From Psammoneis japonica (lineage: Eukaryota), in assembly GCA_008632985.1 (NCBI GenBank), contig QPGO01000081.1, positions 310,001 to 354,138 of the forward strand: DNA of 44,138 nucleotides, given 5' to 3'. How positions within the stretch are numbered: position 1 is the first letter of the stretch; the number at the start of each line of letters is the position of its first letter. Below are positions 1-10,236 of the stretch, one piece after another. A model generated the notes under the pieces. That model ran no database searches. It worked only from the letters and a program-made list of their open reading frames with translations, and was not told the DNA's origin. Position numbers and translations under genes: made by a program.

Positions 1-1050
1 TCTTCCTGCACATGCTTGGCTTCTTGAATCTCAAGGTTACATTCCTCATGAATGGCAGACAGCTGGTGCTGAAGAAAATCCACTTGTTCCTCTTTCTCCT
101 TTTTCAGGGTCTCCATTTGATCCCCAACAACTGACAGCTCAGGAGCATCCTTGAGCTGGTTGAGATCTTCTGGATTTTTGCACCGACCCTTTTCCTGAAT
201 CAGCTGGCCTTCCATTGGTGAAACATGCTCTTGTTCATTTCTTTCCTTTTGCATCATTTCACACTCCATTTCACATTCAGCCAAAATCTTGCTGAGCCAT
301 CTGTGGCTCTGTTCTTGTCTCTTCCATGGACTTGGTTTGGGCAATGATTTTAACTTTCAACTTTGCAATTTCCTGTTCATGGCTCTGTTGTGTGTCCTTT
401 GATTTGTGGACTTTCTTCTTGCTCCTTGTCCATGAGCTCCTTGAGGCCTGAAAGTTCCTGATCCTTCTTGTGCATTTGGTTTTCAAGGGCTGCAATGTCA
501 GCACTTGAGAGTTGCAACTTCTTTTGTGTGCAAATGCATGTCAACTGTTCTCCACAGCCTTCCCCCAGTTCACCCCATCCCATTTGCACATCTTCTCAAC
601 TCTGCTCCAGACGTTGTTGTGCAGCCAGCACCCAGAGACTCTCTGAGTGAACAAATGTGATCTGTGTGCTCCTTGTGCGCTCTGGCATCAGCTTCTCCAA
701 CTGTCTGATGGTTTGCTTTTGTTGGCAAGCTTCATCCTGCAAAAAAATGTCATGATCTCGAACAAGCAAAATGTGTCTGTAACTTTAGAGACAGAACAGA
801 GAAACAAAGTTCACCTCTTTCTAAAATTGGGCTCTGAGTGTGGTCATCAAAGAAATGAACAGTCTCACGGGAGTTGATCTTCTCTCTCCAGACTGGGCGC
901 ATCAAGCCTGGCTGCACTCTGTGTGATCCATCTTTAGCATCAATGCCACTGTGGATGATTTTGATTTGTTCAAGTTGGTCAATCTCACGTTTCTGCAGTT
1001 TTTGCCAAACCTCATCCGAACCCTCTTTGGCGTGCAACAGAACAATCAAT
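1..1050 (-). other. TA/CG-depleted degenerate coiled-coil coding remnant of unknown identity
   Basis: Fragmented E/K/Q-rich minus-strand frames with the same mutational signature as the TE blocks. Confidence 0.3.
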
Positions 1051-1442
1051 GTCTCTCTGATGCCTGGGCCTCTGCTGCAGTGCAGAGCCGGCAGCCTGGC
1101 CCACTGCTCTCTAGCCAGCTAGAGACCTCTTCTCTAGCCACTGCCAGTTGGGCCCTCCACTCTCTAGCTAGAGGCCGCGTAGAGCCCCAGGGCCCCAGCC
1201 TGTCTATCCCAAGCAAGCGAGAGACCGACACAAATCGGACCGAAACAGCACCGACGGCCGACGGACAAGAGCGAAAGACGGGCGGTCGGTCGGACAGAAG
1301 TCGAAAGATCCTCGCTGTAGACTTCTACGTGTTTCAGTAGGAGACATCAGATTTGAAACGTCAGTCACAAAAATCTGTGGCGACTGGATTTCGACACATC
1401 ATTTCCCATTTGCAACTTCGCATTTTTCACATCATCAACAAC

Positions 1443-2546
1443 ATGAAGCTCTCTGCGTTTGCCCTTCTTGCCATTTCAGTCTCTGTGAATGGGTTTGTCG
1501 CTCCCAAGCCCACAGGAGTAACCCGTTTCACTTCGTCCTCACTTTTTGTTTCCAAAAAAGATCTCCAAACCGCTCAAGACGCGATTGATGAAATCCTCAA
1601 GGAAAAGAACTGCGGTCCCGTCCTTGTTCGGTTGGCATGGCACGATTCGGGTACCTTTGACGTCAATCTCAAGGACGAGGAATGGCCCGCAGCCGGTGGT
1701 GCCATTGCTTCGATTCGTTTCAGTCCGGAAATAGATCACGGTGCCAATGCGGGCTTGGCGGGAGCGGCCAAATTGTTGGAACCCGTCAAGGAGGCTGCTC
1801 CCGACGTGTCGTATGCTGACATTTACCAAATGGCGTCAGCTCGTGCAATTGAATTGGCGGGTGGTCCCAAGATTGATATGAAATATGGGCGTGTCGATGC
1901 CTCGTCTGCGGATTTGTGTTCTCCTGAAGGAAATCTTCCCGACGCCGAACCCGGACCCGAAGGCAAGTACGGTGGTGCTGGTGGAACCGCGTCCACCGAG
2001 GATACAACACCCAATGGACACTTGCGGAAGGTGTTTTATCGAATGGGATTAAATGACGAGGAAATTGTGGCCTTATCGGGAGCCCATACATTTGTGAGTA
2101 AAAATACTTGAACGCCATTCATTTGCAACCTTATGCAACTCCAACACAAATCTCACTTGTTATGGCATGACTATTGTGTACAACAGGGCCGAGCATACAA
2201 GGATCGTTCTGGTTTGGGTGCAGAAAAGACAAAATTCACCGACGGCTCCAAACAAACCTTGCTTGATGGCACCGAAGCCAAGTACACGCCCGGTGGGTCG
2301 TCTTGGACAGAACGTTGGCTTGTGTTTGACAATTCTTACTTTACCACAATGCCAGACGAATCGGCTGATCCTGAACTGTTGAAGTTATCAACGGACAAGA
2401 CACTTTTTGATGACGATGATTTCAAACCCTTTGCCGAAAAGTTTCGGGATTCTCAAGATGCATTCTTTGAGTCCTATGCAAAGGCACACAAAAAGCTATC
2501 CGAGCTCGGAGCAAAGTTTGAACCAGACAAGGGTGTTGCGTTTTAG
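1443..2546 (+). CDS. APX: Plastid-targeted ascorbate peroxidase (class I heme peroxidase); exons 1443-2093 and 2187-2546
   Basis: Distal RLAWHDSGTF motif; proximal ALSGAHTF|GRA joined across a GT..AG intron (2094-2186); WLVFDNSYF. N-terminus MKLSAFALLAISVSVNG-FVAP is a signal peptide followed by Phe (ASAFAP-like bipartite presequence). Confidence 0.93.
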
Positions 2547-2699
2547 ATTTTTTAGACTATGTACTTTTAACGAATGAAATATATGCTGCTACTCAATGCG
2601 AAGTCAATATGATGCAATATCATCCTTGAGCAGTAATGGGTGGGTGGCGACGAAGTAAATATCAGGGAGCAAAGCAACAGGTGCAATAAAAGCACTCGC

Positions 2700-5304
2700 T
2701 CAAAATCCGTCTGGATCAATAAGGACTCCGTTTGGAGTCACAATGACCGTATAGAGCTCATCGCCCTCCATATAAAGGACACAAGCAACCAGATGGCCAA
2801 TGAATTCACCTCCTGCATCAGATCCGTCTTCTTTATGTTTCAAATGTGCTGTTCGTTCTTCTTCCAGAATCCTTATCCCTACTGCGACGGCTTTCCGCCA
2901 CCCTTCGTCGCTAAGTTCACGTTTTCGCATCCCAGAATCTCCGTCTTCACTAAATGCCTGTGTTAGAGACTCATCGGATGATGAATCTTGTTTCGGCATG
3001 TCCTCGGACTGGGGTGACGGGGCTCTCCTTGTTGGATTTGGTGTAGGTGCTGGTGTAGGAGGAACAGACTCAAACGTTGGACTAGACGACGGACTAGTCG
3101 TGGTTGTTGGACTTGGAGTAGGAGATGGCGTTGTCGGCGGATCAGTAACGCCGGTCGGCTGCGGGGTGGGTGCTGGAGTAGTTGGAGGTGTAGGTGACGG
3201 CGTCGGCGCAGGAGTTGGACTCTGGGTAGGAGATGGCGTTGTCGGCGGATCAGTAACCCCACTGGGCTGCGGGGTGGGTGCCGGAGTAGGTGACGGCGTC
3301 GGCGCAGGAGTTGGACTCTGGGTAGGAGATGGCGTTGTCGGCGGATTGTAACGCCGGTCGGCTGTGGGGTGGGTTCTGGAGAAGGTGCAGGTGTAGGTGA
3401 CAGCGTCGGCGCAGGGGTTGGACTCGGGGTTGGAGAAGGAGTTGGAGGCTGCGTCAGCGCAGGGGTTGGACTCGGGGTAGGAGAAGGAGTTGGACTAGGG
3501 GTAGGTGGCGTTGTCGGGGGATCAGTTTCCACAGTGGGCTCCATAGTGGGCTGCGGGGTGGGAGTTGGAGTAGGTGATGGCGTGGGCGCAGGGGTTGGAC
3601 TAGGGGTAGGAGAGGGAGTTGGAGGTGGTGGAAGAGGTATTGGGGTTGGCGGCGGCGTCGGATTAGGGGTAGGGTTTGGAGTTGGCGGCGGCGTCGGAGG
3701 AGAGGTAGGACGCGGGGTCGGGCTCGGTGTCGGAGGTGGAGTTGGTGGTGATGGTTCTAGCGTCGGGCCACATACCCATCGTTGTAGCGGTTCTTCGCTT
3801 TCGTAACTAACTTGATACGTCATGTCCTCCAGCGTAGCGACTGTGGATAAAAAAGAAAGACATCGTGAGGCAAGGCATTTCTGTCGCACAGCCACTGTGA
3901 TAACTTCACTCACTGGTAATAGCACTGAGTTCGAGAAAATTTCCAGGACCAACAGCTGGTGTCATTAGCTCCGAAAAGAAATTCGGTTGATTCCAGTGCG
4001 CTCCTCCCGACTGAACTGGAGGGCAGCCACTGCAGTCTGTAATTCTTTCATACTCGCGACACGCAGCGGTACCCGGTCGATAGGGTCCAACGCGGTTCAC
4101 TCCCGTTAAATCAAAATTTCTGGCACCCCACAAAGTACCTACCCTCAATAGTTCAATAGAATTGTTTTATATTTAGCGGAAGACGAATGACAAACAAGTA
4201 AGGGCGAAAGTTCTCTTCTTCACATCTTGATTTACTTACCAATTCCGAGACCTAGCAAGTCAAAAAGAAGCGCAGTTAAAAAATTAGTGGTATTGAAAAA
4301 AGAAAATAGACACGTGAACAATCAGCAAAACTACATCGCACCGTGGCCTATCTCATGGAGGACAACCTCGAAAAGCCATCCTCTGGTTAACATAAGATCA
4401 ATGTCGTCTTCATCAATTCTTATTCGACTAGATCCGGGCAACCCTGCCCCAACAAGCCCGGTGTTACGTGGTCGAAGCCTGCCAGCGCCACCTGTCCCAA
4501 GTACCCCTCCCGGACCGTCAATGAATTCCGTCGTAGAGCAAAGAACCATATCATCCACAACTCCTGGTGGCTCAGTGCATCCACCTGGAGTGAACGTTCC
4601 AAAATCGACCGAAGGGAGGTCTCCGATGATTACCTGCTCCCAGCGTCTCGCTGCTTGGTCTACCACTGGACCGACTCGTGGATCGCCGGTGTATTGAACA
4701 TGGATGTTGTATCGTGTCGCTGAACAAACATGGTGAAAACCATGTGTGAGAAAAAAAAATTTACATCGAAATGTTCAAAAGCAGCACCAGAGCAGCCAAT
4801 CTTACGATCATCAACATCAGCCTTGTTTATGGCGGGCCCGTCAATATCTGCTACGGTGCTTCCTGCACCTTCTATTTCGTACAGGGAGAGAGGAAAGCAA
4901 GGATTAGATTTTGGTGATTTCTTATGACCAGCAGACTCTTTTCTCATACCTTTAGGTACAGATTCCGACCCTGGTTTGACGCTGCCTCTTACTCGGCCTA
5001 CATTGCTTGCTACCAAACTATCCGGATTTTCATGTGTGTCCTTTTCCTCGTTAAGTTGTTCAACAGTAGACATTTCTTCTTTGGCTATGTCCCCATTCAA
5101 TAAAACATCAACGAAAGAAACTGCTTTTTTGAGTATACCAACATTGCCCGCGACCAATTCATCTGGATCGTCATGCGTCGTGGTTTCGTCAACTACCAAA
5201 GAACGAGTTCTTAGTTGTGCAGTTTCGCTCGTGGCATTTGGAACAAATTGATACTCCGCAGTGGCCAATGCAATGCAAAGGACGGAATAAACAGTACACC
5301 TCAT
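2700..5304 (-). CDS. Secreted leishmanolysin/peptidase M8-like zinc metalloprotease, copy 1; multi-exon, Pro/Thr-rich stalk, one frameshift near 3350
   Basis: Signal peptide [45 protein letters not shown] assembled via a 12-nt exon (4240-4251); downstream GAHW and Met-turn [12 protein letters not shown]. Exon boundaries upstream of 4660 are not fully resolved. Confidence 0.8.
3040..3750 (-). repeat. Coding Pro/Thr/Ser repeats (PTPSPT-type units and three longer [26 protein letters not shown] units)
   Basis: Repeated GGAGATGGCGTTGTCGGCGGAT blocks near 3121, 3229 and 3325, and PT-rich translation. Confidence 0.9.
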
Positions 5305-5972
5305 GATGACTTTTAGTTGTCGTGAACCGCTGTTGAGCTCCCCCATGCCACGAACAAGGTCGTCGTTTTGGAGTTTCGGCGTCTTGCAGAAATGTGAGCG
5401 AGGGGATTTTCCGACGGTTTGCCGGAGAATTTAGAATTCCTTTCGAATGAGTATGATCAATGTAGTATCTGCATGACATATGAAAATGAGTATATAAGTA
5501 TCTTTATATGTTGTAAAAATCGAAAATATAACGTCTTTATGTAAAAAAAAATTCAACTGCCTGTCGATAGCCCAACGGATACCACGCGCTTGAAGCAGCA
5601 GAGGGGAAGGACAGACGCCAAACGCAACCACCACGTACGTACGCACGCACGCACACAGCCAGCCTTGAACGGACCGAATGCCGAATGCCAATGGCATGCT
5701 TGTTGCAACTCGTCGACGCCCATCGAGGCCATAGTGTCATGCACATAGCACCGGTGCGTACAGTGCCAGCAGAGGTGGTCCCGCTGACAATCTGAAATTG
5801 GCATGGTCGAAACAGCACCTCTCACCACACCCACAGTGCTGGGGGGAGCAGGAGAGGAGAGTCAGCAACTGATGTTCTGCCGTTTTCCTTTTTTGTTGCA
5901 CAGAGACAAAAGAAGTCTCACAGGACAACTCAGGTGAGAGAAACTGAGCTGCTCAACTGAGCCAGTGTGCTG

Positions 5973-6313
5973 TGAACCCACATCTCTGGCAATCACATCA
6001 AACAGACATGTTTTTTTTTGGGGGGGGGGGGGGGGTCGAACAAGACACTGGGCTGGGACAAAAGCAACAAACCCAACACTGGTGATGAAAGAAAGTGAGT
6101 GGAGGATCTGGAGAGATCTGATGTTTTTTTGGGGGGGATCAAACAAGACACTGGGCTGGGACAAAAGCAACAAACCCAACACTGGTGATGAAAGAAAGTG
6201 AGTGGAGGATCTGGAGAGATCACATCTGGCCACTGTCTGCTGTCACATTGAGTTTGCGTGTGACTGGTGCAAGACACACCTGACTCTCTGTCGGACAGCT
6301 GTTGCACCTCCCC
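5973..6313 (-). repeat. Probable 3' LTR of the Copia remnant, preceded by a polypurine tract
   Basis: On the minus strand GGGGAGG (6313-6307) is followed by TG at 6306, downstream of the RNase H remnant, and ends in CA near 5973. No partner LTR was found. Confidence 0.45.
6008..6221 (+). repeat. Tandem direct duplication of about 100-110 bp
   Basis: ATG-T(n)-G(n)..AACAAGACACTGGGCTGGGACAAAAGCAACAAACCCAACACTGGTGATGAAAGAAAGTGAGTGGAGGATCTGGAGAGATC occurs twice (6008-6118 and 6121-6221). Confidence 0.95.
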
Positions 6314-8857
6314 ACAAAGAGCAACCCACCAGTTGCCGATCAAAGACAGAGCTCCCAAAAGAGAAAGAAAGTGAGGCAGACAGAACCCGAATGTCTGCAA
6401 AGCTTTCCAACAGCAGGTGCAAAGCTGAAACAGGTGTCAACCAACTGAGTCACAGGCAGGAGTGGCCTCTCGTCAGTCAGCAAGCATGACAAGCAAAGAG
6501 AGCCCAGCCAACAAGAACCTCTTTGTGAGCACATCTGCAGCCCCAGGGTCAATGACTCCAGCATGCCCAGCGACAATGTTCCTTGCCTTCCACCAGCCTT
6601 GGACAGCAAAGTGTTGAATGCCATTGCATGATCATGACTGCTTGGCAGCCACCTGGTGGCCGCTGACCATCTTGACAGTCAACAAGTTGTCAATGCAGAG
6701 AGGAGCACAGGCTCTTCAGCCAGTTGCCGGTGCAGTGCTTGCTTGGCTTGGCTCCCATGACACCAGCGAGGAACTCAGCCTTGGTGGGACTTGTTGCCAT
6801 GGTTGTTTGGGTCATGCAATGATGCACAACAGCAGTGCACCAGTGATGACAACATGTGCATGCTGGCAGTCAAGCAATGACATTGGTGTGAAGTCATTGG
6901 CATGTGCAGCATCATCAAATCCAACAAGTTGAAACAACTCCAAGAAGTGGGAGACAATGACAAACTGGGGTCATCATCAAGCCACTCAAAAAAGGAGTGA
7001 GGCAGCAGGGGTCTTGGATTGTGACAATTTTTTTTCAGGTCAAACCCCAGCTCTTGGCACAACAAAACACTTGGCAAAACATCACTGAGAGTTGCAGCAG
7101 ACATCAGCAGGAGCCTTGAAGAACTTGGAAAGGGCCACAAAATTGGGCGTTCATTGTGAAGATAAAATGGCGGGTGAGGGACAACCTGTGTGTGCTGATG
7201 CTGGTGCTTGTCTGCCATTTCTGCCTCATGTCTGTGTTCAGCAGGATCAAACAACTTTGGAGTGCAGTCAACTGCTGCAGTTGAAACAGCCTTGGAATCC
7301 ACAGTCATTTCCTTCCATGTTGATGCTCCCCTTCACCAGCAAGTTTGCAAGACTGGCTTGAGGATGCAGCTGTGTGTGAGAGTTGATCACAATGGAGTCA
7401 CAGCTCTGAACCACACACTCAAGAGCCATTGAATTCTACACATGGACCAGGATGTGCTTGAAAGGGGTGTTTCCTCATGTGGTGGGTGCCAAGAGATTTT
7501 CCAACAAAAGCCAAAAATCTCAACAGCAACATCCTCAGATGGATTGAGCAAGTGAGAGAAATCATCAACCCCTGCCAAAGCAGGAAAACCTCAGTGCCCT
7601 TGCAGGTGCTGGAACTGGAGCATTTGTCATGAGCAGCATTGCCAAAGAACAGCTTGGCATCAGAGAGCACCAAATTGACAAAATGTGTTTGTCCCACAGA
7701 GGAGCATGCTCACTTGTTCAAGACAGCTTTTTGGAGAGCAAGGAGCACAGCAGGGAGCAGTGCACACATCATCAAAGAAGATCAGTCTCCTTTCTGAGTC
7801 ACACTGTTTGTGCCATTCACAACAAACATGACACAAAGAGATGGGGGTGGAGAATCCAGAAGAACAAGAAGCACAGGCATCTCAAATGTTGCCCACACAC
7901 ATGATGGGCCATTTTGGCACTCAGTGCAAAAAGAACAGTCATTGCATTGGTTGATCCACACAAGATGAGCATGCAGGAGGCACCAATTTGCAGATTTGCC
8001 AGAATGACGGCCTTCTTGGATTCATCACCATGCACTGTCATCTTGACTGGCATTTGCCATTGTTTCCAAAATTGTTCTGCCAATGAGGTTGCATGACATG
8101 AGCACCACACCAGGAGGAGACTGTTTTGTTGAGGTGGCCCACCAACACACCCCACTCATTCCAAGTGCACAAAAATGACCAAGCATGTGTTGCATTCACC
8201 AGCTTCCCACTCAGGCAAAATTGCTGGATTTCACTGTCAAGCCAGACCAAAGCAACAAAAAGCTCCTTCCTTTTTAGACAACAGTGTGGGAGGAGGACAT
8301 TTTGTTAATGTTGCAATGTGCACCACTGATGTCAGCAGGGCCACACAACTGCAGATGTGATCATCGGCAACCAGGTGGTTGGGCCGTGACTGAATGCCAC
8401 ATGACCCATGCACTGAGAGACATGGATCACCAGCACATTCAAGCAAAGACATCAGCAAATGGGGGTCATGCTGCTCTGATGTGACATGCACAACACCCAG
8501 ATTGCAATGGTCCTCTCTGTGTGGTGTGGGTGCCAGGATGATGTCCAAACAGGAGAGTGCAAGTGTGTGGGCAATTGTGCCCATGCTTGCAACACATGAT
8601 TGGAAAATTCAATCAAACTTGAGGGTGTCATGAAGCACCCAAGATGCAAGCAATCAATTGTGATATGATCAAATTGCAGCCAATCAAAAGGCCATGGAAG
8701 CCAAGATTGGTCCACAGCATGTCAACTTGCTTGTGAACAAGAAGCCTGATGCTCAACAGTTGGTCTTGGTTGAGTCACAAACCCACAGCACATTGGGGAG
8801 CAGTCAGTGACAAACAATGCCCTGCTGCTCCTTTATCATTGGATGGGCACTAGAGAG

Positions 8858-9140
8858 AAAAGAAGTCACAGGACAACTCAGGAGCAAAATCTGGCTGCTC
8901 AAAACTGAGATTCGCTGACTGTGAATGGCGTCAAATCATTCTTTGCGCACACAAATCTAACTGATGATAAACTCCCCGCGCGGCGTCACCAGTCGGGCAT
9001 TGTTTTAGAACGTGCTCGACTTTGAGAGGCAATCCATTGCGTCAATTCTCTGGCCACAGAACCATGAGAAATCTCATGAACAAAAAAAATGTGGCTCTCT
9101 AGCTCGTTGCCATGACAACATGGAGTGCCCCTTCCTCCAC
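8858..9140. pseudogene. Degenerate remnant of the 3' end and flank of a leishmanolysin-like gene (paralogous to 21692-21990)
   Basis: Co-linear similarity: CAGGACAAC, CTGACTGTGAATGGCG, GCATTGTTTTAGA, CATGAACAAAAAA, GCCCCTTCCTCCACA. A shorter match to its left part lies at 5907-5976. Confidence 0.75.
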
Positions 9141-9526
9141 AACGTGGCGGTGAGATCACAGGCTCAGCCCATGGTGAGATTGGCGTTGACGCCAACGCTC
9201 CACAGCCAGGACCAGAAGTGAAGTGAATGCACACAATTCTCACAAAAAAGACAATGGAACCACACTGAAAACAATGAACAAACCAGCAAGGAACATTTCC
9301 AGCAGTGGATCGCACTGCATCAAATCAGTTCATCAAGGAGATTCAACATGACAGTTCGATCATGATGATTTGTGACAGTTGTTGTTTCCGCCATAAAGAT
9401 TGAACGCAGCTGAGTCTCAAGGTGCAGTCAATCGGCAGGCAACATCAAATTCACTCCATTTGCAGTGTGACACTCTTGCATGGCATGGGCATGCCCAACA
9501 CTTCGAACTGTGTGAACGCGAGACAA

Positions 9527-10236
9527 TCACCTCATGAGTTCATGATTCGTGGTCCCGATTTTGATTGGGTCTCCTCGATTCAGCGAATTAATGCAGAGCT
9601 CAAAAAGGCACCATGCGCTCTGAAAGTGCCTCTCGTTCGTCAAACAAAGACAAGGAGAGTCCGCATAAAGTGAGTCAACATTCTCCAAAGATTGAGTGGG
9701 CATTGCTTGGTCCAAGCAACGCCAATCATAGAACACGTGGGTGAAATCTGATTCATGCTTCTTGACGCATCGTTGAATGGCCTGAAGCTGAGTCAAATTA
9801 GGGTCCGGATTGTCGACTTCTTCCCATTTATGTGACACCATCAATGCTTTGTTAATGTCAACATCACCTCTTGAAACGCCTGCACTTTCAACCTGATTCC
9901 AAGCATTGACGTTTCTGCCGTTGCTGAGAATGTTGGATGCAGGAATCAACTTGAAGTCACAACTCAATTCGGCCGGTGTGAACTCCATTCGAAGAGATTC
10001 CTGAAGAAGATCAAGATCTTCTTCATGCTCTACTTCCGCTTCTTCTTCAAAAATGAAGCTCCGAGCTTGCTCAAACGAGGCCTCATTGATCCGACTGAAG
10101 CTCGAATTGCCTTGAGCAAATTCTCTGCGTGACCATTCAATGTGAGGCATTCATGGAGCAGGGCACCAACGGCTTCAAACCGGAGCCAGATCCTTCTTTG
10201 CATCATCTCACAGGGTGAAGCCAAGCACACAAAACA
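9527..10236 (-). pseudogene. 3' half of the interrupted HET/TIR-like gene: end of HET-like domain 1 plus complete HET-like domain 2
   Basis: CLASPCEMMQRRIWLRFE, then LMVSHKWEEVDNPDP..QLQAI..VFYDWRCLDQ..SLENVDSLY..FQSAWCLFE, matching the HET pattern SH.W / D..C..Q / WC..E. Frameshift near 10150. Confidence 0.7.

Larger units (their letters stand above)
5973..8830 (-). mobile_element. Degenerate Ty1/Copia LTR retrotransposon remnant (RT, RNase H, probable 3' LTR)
   Basis: Minus-strand fragments across frames: VMQPHWQ..NGKCQSR and SSCVDQPMQ*LFF (RT start), KGTEVFLLWQ/VDDF, EFNG, LVGFDDAAHAND, TQTTMATSPTKAEFLAGV, IQHFAVQGW..ADVLTK (Copia RNase H). Ends are approximate. Confidence 0.8.

Noticed and set aside
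1353..1442. N-terminal extension of APX in the ORF track
   Set aside because: It starts at TTG; the ATG at 1443 directly begins the signal peptide.
3120..3350. Regularly spaced repeats resembling a CRISPR array
   Set aside because: Spacers are themselves repetitive and coding, the context is eukaryotic, and there are no cas genes.
2800..3806. Plus-strand Gly/Val-rich ORFs
   Set aside because: Antisense shadow of the Pro/Thr repeats of the minus-strand protease gene.
5759..5775. TA-CAGTG as the left end of a Tc1/mariner element at the domain boundary
   Set aside because: No convincing matching right end was found in the window.
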